Below, one piece after another: positions 31,750 through 39,509 of a DNA stretch of 46,000 bases. The stretch is from a virus. The number at the start of each line of letters is the position of its first letter. Positions within the stretch are counted from its first letter, which is position 1. The notes below the pieces were generated by a model that was not told the origin of the DNA, made no database searches, and saw nothing but the letters and a program-made list of their open reading frames with translations. Where the stretch lies: positions 1 to 46,000 of IMG/VR virus record IMGVR_UViG_3300032893_000092; one strand, 5' to 3'. The position numbers and the translations under genes were made by a program.

Positions 31750-33261
31750 CTACTCCTCCAGGAGAACCTTCCTCCATTCCATCGTCAGCCGCTTACCGAC
31801 GTTGATCTTCTCGCGAAGACAGCGAACGATGTCGTGGACTACCGTCTTCTGGCCTTGCGGACCAGAGATTACCATGTCGAGTAAGAGCGTCGTGGTCCGT
31901 CCGATCTTCTTCACGTCGTCCTGGACCCGCTGTTCAGCCTGACTCTGTGTCACGATATTGTAGTCACGGCTGAGGAAGACTTGAGCCGGAGCCTTCGCGA
32001 ACGAGACTCCGTACTTCACAGCTTGCGGCTGACAGACCATGATACCGGCTCCACAGTAGGGGTGATCTGGGTGGAGGAAGTTATCGTCCTTCACGTCTCC
32101 CCACTGTTGACCGACCTTCAGGCCGTACTGGGTGAATAACATCCCGAGCTTCTTCGCGAGTCGCTCGATCTCCGGACGCCAGCGACACCAGACGACACAC
32201 TTGAACTGAGGGTCCGCGGCCAGCCGGTCGTTCACCCACTGACAGAAGGCCAGTGCGGACTCGTGACTTAGCTCCTTGGCTTCCTCCTCACCCTCTACTC
32301 CACCCAGGAAGCCGCTCGCGATCTGTGCCAGCCGGAGGACCTTGGTCGAGGCGTGACGAGTCCAGCTGATGTCGCCGTCGCGTAGCTGGACGATCATCTC
32401 GTCCCTCATGTCCTTGTAGATTCTCCAGGTCTCCTCGGAGAGCCGCGCAGTGAGGATGCCAGGCTCGAAGGCCGGTAGGTCCAGGATTCCCTTCACGTCT
32501 GTCTGTTTCAGGACCGAGCAGTAAGGCGCCGTCTTCTTGGCCAGCTCGTCGAGCTTTTGCCAGCCGACGATCTTCAAGGTCTGACGACCTCCGAACTTCT
32601 GACGCTTGTAGATCGCGTGAGTGTAATTGAAGTGTTTCAGGTCTTTGAAGCCGAGGATAGCCGGATCGAGCGTCTTGAACTTGGAGTAGAGTGGCTGGGG
32701 TGTCCCGTCGTCTGGTGTTCCGTCGAGGATCGTGACGCGCTGACAGACCTTCCGGAGCTGGAAGATTGACCGGCTGGTAGCAGACACTGGGTTAGCCAGA
32801 GCCGCTCCTTCGTCGATCACGAGCCAGTTCGACAGGTCCTGGATCGAGACGGCCAGGTCGATCATCTTGGGATATTTCGAGCGCTCGTCCTCCTGGCGTA
32901 GGAACTCCAGGGAGGTCACGATGATCAGGAGCTTACCCTTCCCTACCCTAGCGCGGACAGCCTCTGGGCTGATCTTGGAGTCGTAGTCGTAGACGGTGAC
33001 TGGAACGAAGCTATGCTTCTGAATCTCGCCGAGCTTCGTGTCCAGCCATACGTCCTTGACCTGGGAGGGACAAGCGATCACCAGAACTTCGAGTTCACCG
33101 GCCTGGTAGAGACACCCGGCCGCGTCCAGGACCACCTTCGACTTCCGAAGCCGCATCTCCCAGAAGAGCGCGTACTTCGGGTGGGTCAGGAGGTCCCGGA
33201 GTCCTTGAGCCTGGTAGCTCAGTGGAGGGTACTTGAACCAGCTCTGGTTAATCTCGATCAC
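31750..33261 (-). CDS. SNF2-family helicase-like protein with degenerate Walker A
   Basis: FWEMRLRKSKV aligns with the SNF2 motif DEMGLGKT. VIDEGAALANP corresponds to motif II. The C-terminal helicase lobe has ...DYNIVTQSQAEQRV. GTG start in a GTGA overlap. Confidence 0.6.
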   Translation of the reverse strand: MIEINQSWFKYPPLSYQAQGLRDLLTHPKYALFWEMRLRKSKVVLDAAGCLYQAGELEVLVIACPSQVKDVWLDTKLGEIQKHSFVPVTVYDYDSKISPEAVRARVGKGKLLIIVTSLEFLRQEDERSKYPKMIDLAVSIQDLSNWLVIDEGAALANPVSATSRSIFQLRKVCQRVTILDGTPDDGTPQPLYSKFKTLDPAILGFKDLKHFNYTHAIYKRQKFGGRQTLKIVGWQKLDELAKKTAPYCSVLKQTDVKGILDLPAFEPGILTARLSEETWRIYKDMRDEMIVQLRDGDISWTRHASTKVLRLAQIASGFLGGVEGEEEAKELSHESALAFCQWVNDRLAADPQFKCVVWCRWRPEIERLAKKLGMLFTQYGLKVGQQWGDVKDDNFLHPDHPYCGAGIMVCQPQAVKYGVSFAKAPAQVFLSRDYNIVTQSQAEQRVQDDVKKIGRTTTLLLDMVISGPQGQKTVVHDIVRCLREKINVGKRLTMEWRKVLLEE

Positions 33262-33971
33262 TTGGAAGAAACCACCTTGATAGCTTCTTTAACTACAGGT
33301 CCGTAAGTCTCCCACCACTCCTTCGCTCCCTCAGCAAACTCCTTCACATCTTCGGGACCCCAAGAGAGCCATTCACAATTTTTATGCTCTTGACATCCGA
33401 TAGAAGTTTTATCGGGAAGAACTAATACTGACCACCCTCCAAAGTCAATCCTTGCAACTTTGAACCCTTCAGGGAGGTCGGCTCCGCTGAGGTTGGCTTC
33501 GCGGAGGTCGGCTCTGCGGAGGTCGGCTCCGCTGAGGTCGGCTCCGCTGAGGTTGGCTCCGCGGAGGTAGGCTCCGCTGAGGTCGGCTTCGCTGAGGTCG
33601 GCTCCGCGGAGGTAGGCTCCGCTGAGGTCGGCTCCGCTGAGGTCGGCTCTGCGGAGGTTGGCTCCGCGGAGGTAGGCTCCGCTGAGGTCGGCTTCGCTGA
33701 GGTCGGCTCTGCGGAGGTCGGCTCTGCGGAGGTAGGCTTCGCGGAGGTCGGCTCTGCGGAGGTCGGCTCCGCTGAGGTCGGCTCCGCTGAGGTCGGCTCC
33801 GCGGAGGTAGGCTCTGCGGAGGTAGGCTTCGCGGAGGTCGGCTCTGCTGAGGTCGGCTCCGCTGAGGTCGGCTCTGCGGAGGTTGGCTTCGCGGAGCGCT
33901 TCAGTTATTGTCGAATGTTTTTCAGTTTCAAACAAAACAGAGCCTAAAATGCTTTTAATTTGTATTTTCAT
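33258..33971 (-). CDS. pentapeptide-repeat protein with a ~70-aa C-terminal domain
   Basis: About 28 consecutive A(D/N/Y)L(S/R)(G/R/E) pentapeptides (ADLSGADLSRADLREAYLRRAYLRG...), followed by PEGFKVARIDFGGWSVLVLPDKTSIGCQEHKNCEWLSWGPEDV... Confidence 0.85.
   Translation of the reverse strand: MKIQIKSILGSVLFETEKHSTITEALREANLRRADLSGADLSRADLREAYLRRAYLRGADLSGADLSGADLRRADLREAYLRRADLRRADLSEADLSGAYLRGANLRRADLSGADLSGAYLRGADLSEADLSGAYLRGANLSGADLSGADLRRADLREANLSGADLPEGFKVARIDFGGWSVLVLPDKTSIGCQEHKNCEWLSWGPEDVKEFAEGAKEWWETYGPVVKEAIKVVSSK
33476..33897 (-). repeat. 15-bp-period tandem DNA repeat (coding, pentapeptide array)
   Basis: Repeated units GCTCCGCTGAGGTCG, GCTCTGCGGAGGTCG and GCTCCGCGGAGGTAG, in frame with the ORF. 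Confidence 0.9.
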
Positions 33972-34271
33972 TTAGAACGCGGGTCCTTCCTCGGTAGTAC
34001 ATACCGGCTGAGGAGCTGGCTCCGCGATCGGCGCCGAAGTAGACACCATCTCTGAGTTCATCTTAGAGATCGTCAGATCGTCCTTCGAAGGTGTCGCAAA
34101 GATGTTCATCTCTCCGGAGTACTGACTCACTTCCGCTATTTCGATGGACTCGACTGGGTATCTCCCGGAGTGTTCTCCAGCGTGATTCCCCGTCGCCACT
34201 CCTTTGCAGTAGGAGGGAAGCTCCGTGTGTACGTAGTGGCCGTTATGAAACAGGTGTAAGGTGATTTTCAT
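33972..34271 (-). CDS. hypothetical protein (first gene of the long leftward operon)
   Basis: ATG 34271 (MKITLHLFHNGHYVH...) follows AAGGACGG. TAAATG junction with the next gene. Confidence 0.5.
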   Translation of the reverse strand: MKITLHLFHNGHYVHTELPSYCKGVATGNHAGEHSGRYPVESIEIAEVSQYSGEMNIFATPSKDDLTISKMNSEMVSTSAPIAEPAPQPVCTTEEGPAF

Positions 34272-34327
34272 CTGAAGCCGTCCTTTGTAGCGAGCAAAGT
34301 GGGGAGAGCTGACGGCTGACATCGAGA

Positions 34328-34356
34328 ACTCTACGAAATTCCACGAAGATTGTCAA
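34328..34356 (-). promoter_or_regulatory. sigma70-like leftward promoter TTGACA-N17-TAGAGT
   Basis: On the minus strand, TTGACA lies at 34356-34351 and TAGAGT at 34333-34328, about 55 nt upstream of ATG 34271. Confidence 0.55.
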
Positions 34357-34373
34357 GAAAAAAGTGAACTGAC

Positions 34374-34390
34374 TTTGTCAAAATGACAAA
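34374..34390. promoter_or_regulatory. palindromic operator candidate TTTGTCA-AAA-TGACAAA
   Basis: Perfect 7-bp inverted arms with a 3-bp spacer in the divergent intergenic region. A further TGTCAA half-site is at 34351 and a TTGACA at 34404. Confidence 0.4.
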
Positions 34391-34465
34391 AGTAAGAACA
34401 CTATTGACATCGAAAGTCGATCGTGTTACCGTCAATCGGTTCTCGCTTCGCTCGCCGCTCGCAAT

Positions 34466-34868
34466 GACCAGAAGAGAATACAAAAGCCTTTGGGCAAAGA
34501 ACCACCCAGAAAGCTCCCAGCGCTGGGCTCGCGAGCATCCAGAGGAACGTAGAAGAGTAAATCGCGAGTGGAAAAGACGCCGAACTCCCCAACAGAACAT
34601 AGATTCTCGGTACGGTCCTGGAGGCTACGAACACTACGAAAAACAGAGAGCCGACCAAAAGGAACTATGCGCGATCTGTGAGAATCCTCTCGGAACTTCA
34701 ACTGAATGTCATCGAGACCACGACCACTCTTGCTGTCCTGGAAGAGAAGCCTGTCCTGAGTGTAGACGAGGTCTTCTCTGTAGAAGATGCAACCAAGCTC
34801 TAGCCTATCTAGAGGACGAGACCTGGTCGTCTAGAGCTCTCGCGTACCTCGCAAAGTGGAGAGCTTAG
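34466..34868 (+). CDS. recombination endonuclease VII-family protein
   Basis: [23 protein letters not shown]...[17 protein letters not shown]. The start is uncertain (ATG 34466 or 34383) and there is no clear RBS. Confidence 0.7.
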
Positions 34869-36832
34869 TGGACTACTCCAAGATACCAGCTATCCTTCGC
34901 CAGTCTTCTAGATGGCTCGTCTGGAGACTAGAGGACACTCCACCTAAAGACGGGAAACCAGGCCGACTTCGCTGCAAAGTCCCAAAGAACTGTTCCGAGC
35001 CGAGGAGAAACGGGTCTAGTACAGAGCCATCTTCCTGGGGAATGCTGAAAGAGGCTCTAGACTCGGTGGAACGACTAGAGCCTTATCACACCTACAGCCA
35101 AGAACCAAACAATCGAGGTTTGGGTCTAGCTATCGGAATCCCATTTTTGGCCGTGGACCTCGATAAATGTTACGATCCCGAGACCAAGAAGATCGACGAC
35201 TGGGCTCTCGAAGTACTCAAGAGCTTCCCGAAGACCTACACCGAGCTCTCCCCTTCCCGTAGAGGCTTCCACCTCTGGTACCGATGTCCTGAACACGCGA
35301 AGCTCCCAGACGGGATACGAACCGACAAGGCCGAGGTTTACTCCCGCGACCGCTACTTCACGATGACCGGCGAGGCGTTCGGTGGTGTCCCGGAGGTCAC
35401 AGAGTTAGACCTGGCCGAGGCTAAGAGAATCTTCGACACTGTGGCCGCGATGAAGAAGGCCGGTAAGTCGAAGCCAGCTCCGATCCAGACAGGGACCTCC
35501 AGCGCGAAGCTCCAAGAGCTGATGACGCGGACCGACTTCCCTGACCTCAGCGCGGCCGTCCAGTCCCTCCTGACGCTCCTGGCGATCGACACCCTCCTGG
35601 ACCCTGTCCAGATGGAGCTCCGGTTCAAGCTGTCGAAGCTGTACCTGGAGACTCACTGGAGGGAGAAGTGGGATCGCCTGGGTCAGTCCGAGATCGCGAA
35701 GGCTATAAACTATGGCCGCGAGAGCCTGGCTAAGTTCAAAGGACGACGCGGTGACCAGGACGACTGGTCTCGCGAGCCGATCGTGGTCTGGGGAGACAAG
35801 GCGACGCGCGAACACGCGCGTTACTGGTGGGAGCCTTACTTCCCTCAAGGGAAGCTCGTCCACTTTGGAGGACCCCAGAGCTCCGGTAAGTCGCCGGTGA
35901 CTATCGACCTGGCCGCTCGCCTGACTTCTGGCGCCGACTGGCCGGACGGACAGAAGAACACCTTCGGACCTCGTAAGGTCCTCCTGTTGAACGTCGAAGA
36001 CGACTTCGAGGACACCATCCTTCCGCGGTTCGACCTGGCCGGTGGGAAGGCTGAGAACTTAGGCTTCCTCCGCGGGATCAAGCTCACGAAGGAAGACCAG
36101 GAGGTCGAAGTCATGGTCGCTCTGGATCGCGACATCAGTCAGCTCGTCAAGATCGCCGAGTCGATCGACGACCTGGCGCTGATCATCATCGACCCAATCT
36201 CTAACTACCTCGGTAAGCTGAACATGAACCGTGAAGACGAGGTCCGCTCCGTTCTGACACCGCTGGTCCGTATGGCTGGCGAGAGGGAGCTGACGATCCT
36301 GACGGTCGGACACTTCAACAGACGCGACAAAGGGACGAGCCCACTCGACCGGATGATGGGAGCCGCGGCCTTCACTGGCGTCGCTCGCGCCGTCTACGCC
36401 TTCGGTAGTGATCCGGACGTGGAGTCTCCTTACCATCACATCATCGCGCCAGCTCGCGGAGCGGTCGGCGACCAGTCCCTGAAGTACCACACCGAGGTCG
36501 AATCTGTGACCTGGGGAGGTGAGACCTCCAAGGTCGTCAAGGTTTTGTGGGACGGATCGGGAGCGGCCACAGCTGAGGACGCGGTAGAGGGTCCAGGCCG
36601 GAGGACCAAGGTCGAGACGAAGGCCGCGGCTGACGCGCTCCACGAACTCCTGAAGGGTGGTAAGCGATCGGCTCGCGAGTGTATCTCGATTCTGAAGGAA
36701 GACGGCTATGACCTGGAGAAGACCTTGAACGCCTCCAGGGTTCGGCACCTCGCCGGTGTGAAGTCACGTCAGGAAGGGAAGGGTAACCATGTCTGGTACC
36801 TCTCCACCGGCGAGACCGAACAGATGTTCTAG
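34856..36832 (+). CDS. bifunctional Prim-Pol primase / P-loop helicase (P4 alpha / RepA-like)
   Basis: GTG start. Prim-Pol motifs are FLAVDLDKC and [13 protein letters not shown]. Walker A is [12 protein letters not shown] and Walker B is VLLLNVEDD. Confidence 0.8.
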   Translation: MESLVDYSKIPAILRQSSRWLVWRLEDTPPKDGKPGRLRCKVPKNCSEPRRNGSSTEPSSWGMLKEALDSVERLEPYHTYSQEPNNRGLGLAIGIPFLAVDLDKCYDPETKKIDDWALEVLKSFPKTYTELSPSRRGFHLWYRCPEHAKLPDGIRTDKAEVYSRDRYFTMTGEAFGGVPEVTELDLAEAKRIFDTVAAMKKAGKSKPAPIQTGTSSAKLQELMTRTDFPDLSAAVQSLLTLLAIDTLLDPVQMELRFKLSKLYLETHWREKWDRLGQSEIAKAINYGRESLAKFKGRRGDQDDWSREPIVVWGDKATREHARYWWEPYFPQGKLVHFGGPQSSGKSPVTIDLAARLTSGADWPDGQKNTFGPRKVLLLNVEDDFEDTILPRFDLAGGKAENLGFLRGIKLTKEDQEVEVMVALDRDISQLVKIAESIDDLALIIIDPISNYLGKLNMNREDEVRSVLTPLVRMAGERELTILTVGHFNRRDKGTSPLDRMMGAAAFTGVARAVYAFGSDPDVESPYHHIIAPARGAVGDQSLKYHTEVESVTWGGETSKVVKVLWDGSGAATAEDAVEGPGRRTKVETKAAADALHELLKGGKRSARECISILKEDGYDLEKTLNASRVRHLAGVKSRQEGKGNHVWYLSTGETEQMF

Positions 36833-37350
36833 AGCTCCGGCTTCCTCTCTGGGATTCCAGCTATCAAGTTCTCAGCGGCGATAACCGCTTCAATCACCGG
36901 AATCTTCTCGTCATCAAAAGTTTGAGCTCTGATCGTTTTAATCAGATGCTGTAGTACGATCAGGAGCTCGGGACCCGCGTCCTTCTCCTGGCGACGCCGG
37001 TAGGCTTCGCGAGCCTCGGCCAGCCGCGCCTCTTCAGCACGCCGATACTTCTGGTCAGCCAGGTCGAACAGCTGGTTCTTCTCGGCGTGGTCCATCATGC
37101 GGCCGATGATGTACTTGGCCGCGTTCGAGTCCGAGCGTAGGCGACGAGTCGAGAAGTACCCAGGCTCTCCTCTCCCGGCGATCGAGTTCTTGAACAAAGT
37201 CTCGCCAGAACTGAAGCTAGGTCCAGGACCCAGCTTCTTCTCGGCGTCGAGCCAGACGTGGAAGCGAGCTCCGTCGTACTCGCAAGACAGCGAGTAGTAA
37301 GGGACGTGTTCACCGTGACGTTCTACTTCGATTTTCGTGAGGTCCTTCAT
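36829..37350 (-). CDS. hypothetical protein
   Basis: 173 aa. ATGA overlap with the upstream gene. Its stop overlaps the primase stop in CTAG. Confidence 0.5.
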   Translation of the reverse strand: MKDLTKIEVERHGEHVPYYSLSCEYDGARFHVWLDAEKKLGPGPSFSSGETLFKNSIAGRGEPGYFSTRRLRSDSNAAKYIIGRMMDHAEKNQLFDLADQKYRRAEEARLAEAREAYRRRQEKDAGPELLIVLQHLIKTIRAQTFDDEKIPVIEAVIAAENLIAGIPERKPEL

Positions 37351-37775
37351 TTTCCCTCCTCAGCGTAGCGGAGTAGAACCTTGAAAGCTGACTCGAAGGT
37401 CTTTACGATGTAAGTAGAGTGGCCTACCAGCCAAGGTGAAGGCCGATCCTCGGGACAGACGGTTACGATCAATCGTCCAGGACGGTCGAACCCTTGGAAC
37501 GGTCCACGAAGGGAAGAAGCATAAACCTCCATAGCTGTTCCCCAGCTCGGTCGGATCGCGTTAACTAGGATAATCTCACAGCGGCCTATGTCTTCCATGT
37601 CGCCGTTTATGATCTCCCGATAACACTCAGCTTCGCGGCCGCGGTAGTCACGAACCATAGGATCGACGAGTTCGAAGTTCGACCCTAGTACTTGCTTCGC
37701 GGCTTCTCGCCAGTCCTTCGCGTCTGAGTCAGACAGTTTGTTGATTCCACCGCACAGATAGATTGACTTTTTCAA
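37347..37775 (-). CDS. nucleoside 2-deoxyribosyltransferase-like protein
   Basis: TTG start 5 nt after GGGAGG. It has (M)KKSIYLCGGINKL and ...ILVNAIRPSWGTAMEVYAS, typical of the family. 142 aa. Confidence 0.55.
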   Translation of the reverse strand: MKKSIYLCGGINKLSDSDAKDWREAAKQVLGSNFELVDPMVRDYRGREAECYREIINGDMEDIGRCEIILVNAIRPSWGTAMEVYASSLRGPFQGFDRPGRLIVTVCPEDRPSPWLVGHSTYIVKTFESAFKVLLRYAEEGK

Positions 37776-38430
37776 AGTAGCCTCCCATTGATTTTAGTTT
37801 GTCGATCCACACCTGCATCCGGAGAAGGTTCTTCACTGGACCGAAGGCCAGGAAAGTACCGTCTACAGAGTCACACTCGATAGAAGCCGCGTACAGCCAG
37901 CGCTTGAACGAGTTCACTCGACCCATGTGAACCCACTTTCCGCGAGACTTAGCTTCTTTTACTACCGCGGCCAGGGTAGCTCCGAGCTTATACTCGGTAC
38001 TGCCACCGATGAACAGAACGTCGAACTCGTCCCAAGAGATAGAGAGTTCTTCAGTCTCGGACTTCGCGACCAGACTACCTTCCGAGTTCACACTAAGACC
38101 GTCCTGAGCTACGAAGCTGGCCGCGTAGCCAATCTGACGAAGAAGGGGTAGAACTGGCCGTGACCTCTTCACCGTCTCTACGGCTTGACCCACCTTGTCA
38201 GGAGCTGTGGCTCCTAGACAGGTTTTCTCATCTTGAGATCGAAGCCAGGTCAGGTACTCGTCTAGCTTGAACTCACGCTCACCCTTGGAAGAGAAACAGC
38301 CATTATCAGCAAACCAGACGGAGCCTTCTACTGGACGGTTCCCCATCTTCGGAGTTCTCATGTAACCGAACTCCTCACGGCCAGCTATTTCCTGTCTGAT
38401 AGCTCCGCTGAGGTAGATTGGAATCTTCAT
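37729..38430 (-). CDS. TGT-superfamily / DpdA-like transglycosylase candidate
   Basis: ATG 38430 (MKIPIYLSGAI...). The motifs GYMRTPKMGN...VWFADNGCFS, GATAPDKVG, LFIGGST and WVHMGRVNS resemble phage proteins annotated as queuine tRNA-ribosyltransferase/DpdA. This is from memory only. Confidence 0.4.
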   Translation of the reverse strand: MKIPIYLSGAIRQEIAGREEFGYMRTPKMGNRPVEGSVWFADNGCFSSKGEREFKLDEYLTWLRSQDEKTCLGATAPDKVGQAVETVKRSRPVLPLLRQIGYAASFVAQDGLSVNSEGSLVAKSETEELSISWDEFDVLFIGGSTEYKLGATLAAVVKEAKSRGKWVHMGRVNSFKRWLYAASIECDSVDGTFLAFGPVKNLLRMQVWIDKLKSMGGYFEKVNLSVRWNQQTV

Positions 38431-38460
38431 CTTGGCTGTCTCCGTTCTCAAAGTGAAGCC

Positions 38461-38488
38461 AGTCTACCAGTTCGAAAAACTATGTCAA
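38461..38488 (-). promoter_or_regulatory. sigma70-like leftward promoter TTGACA-N16-TAGACT
   Basis: On the minus strand, TTGACA lies at 38488-38483 and TAGACT at 38466-38461, just upstream of the DpdA-like gene. Confidence 0.5.
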
Positions 38489-38572
38489 GTTATCTGTGGT
38501 ACTCAGTGACCATGTTACCGACCGGGAACCAGAGGTAACCACAGAGGGTGACTCGACCCGAGTGGCGCCTTC

Positions 38573-38845
38573 GTGCTATTCCCCTGGAGGCGCTGGGTCT
38601 GTTACACTCCCTTTACGATGAACCGCTCGACCCTCGAACAGCGACAGAACGAGATGAAGGCGCGACAGTTCACTGAAAGGGCTGAGTGGCGCCGAGCTCG
38701 CGCCAGGAATAGAGTCCAGAAGGCCGTCAGGCGCCGTCAGAGACATAGAAGGCAGGTCTTGAACTATTGGAGCCGGGTCTGGGGATGCACACCTGAAGAA
38801 GCCGGTAAACGCCTTAGCACGTCTCTTGCCAAACCTCGGAAATAA
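38573..38845 (+). CDS. hypothetical Arg-rich protein
   Basis: 90-aa ORF (GTG 38573, or ATG 38618). It is very basic (RRARARNRVQKAVRRRQRHRRQ) and has a weak RBS. Confidence 0.4.
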   Translation: MLFPWRRWVCYTPFTMNRSTLEQRQNEMKARQFTERAEWRRARARNRVQKAVRRRQRHRRQVLNYWSRVWGCTPEEAGKRLSTSLAKPRK

Positions 38846-38896
38846 TCCCAAAATTATCAGAATACAATTCTCGCGCGGGGGAACGGGGGAGTGTAT

Positions 38897-38930
38897 TATG
38901 ACTTCTGTCTTATGACTTCTGTCTTATGAC
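38897..38930. repeat. 14-bp tandem repeat TATGACTTCTGTCT x2.4
   Basis: Read directly. A third, related copy (GTCTTGACTTCTGTGG) lies at 39021-39036. It sits inside an AT-rich gap upstream of terS. Confidence 0.85.
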
Positions 38931-39062
38931 CCTAAGTACCCTAGAATTACACAGATGACATAATACTACTTTATTAGTTCTATCCCGCGCGCGAGACGCG
39001 CCGAAGAAAAAGCGAAAATAGTCTTGACTTCTGTGGCCTGAAGGTGCATCCTACTTGCTGCG

Positions 39063-39509
39063 ATGGAGTCCCTCTCCCAGAGTGTGAATGTTCCATCTCC
39101 TGCTGGCGACGCCGGTAGCGAGCCCGGCGTCGTCTCTTCACCCACTCCACAGAAGCCGACCAAAACGGTTTTACGTGACGCTCGCGGTTACATCTTGCCT
39201 GGTAGCGCTCCGCTGAATCCTGGAGGACGGCCGAAGACGCGGCTGTTCAAGGACGCGATCCGTAAGCGTCTGATGGAGCGGCCTGACGAGTTCGAGCAGA
39301 TCATCGACACGATCTTCGACAAGGCGCTGGGATGTCACGTCAATCGTCACGGCGAGATCACTGGAGCTCTGGAGGCGATCGAGTTCGTCCGAGACACGAT
39401 CGGCGAGAAGCCGACCCAGGACGTGACGCTGACCGGAGGCGAGGGTGAGGACGGAGAGGTTCTGGAGATTCCGATCAAGTTGATACCACCGGCGAACCAC
39501 AGCTTATGA
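39063..39509 (+). CDS. terS: terminase small subunit (DUF5681-like)
   Basis: 148 aa with an NPGGRPK motif. ATGA overlap with terL. Confidence 0.6.
   Translation: MESLSQSVNVPSPAGDAGSEPGVVSSPTPQKPTKTVLRDARGYILPGSAPLNPGGRPKTRLFKDAIRKRLMERPDEFEQIIDTIFDKALGCHVNRHGEITGALEAIEFVRDTIGEKPTQDVTLTGGEGEDGEVLEIPIKLIPPANHSL

Noticed and set aside
33476-33897. CRISPR-like or satellite tandem repeat
   Set aside because: The 15-bp period is in frame and encodes a continuous pentapeptide-repeat protein with a good start, a stop and coupling to its neighbours. It is a coding repeat, not an array.
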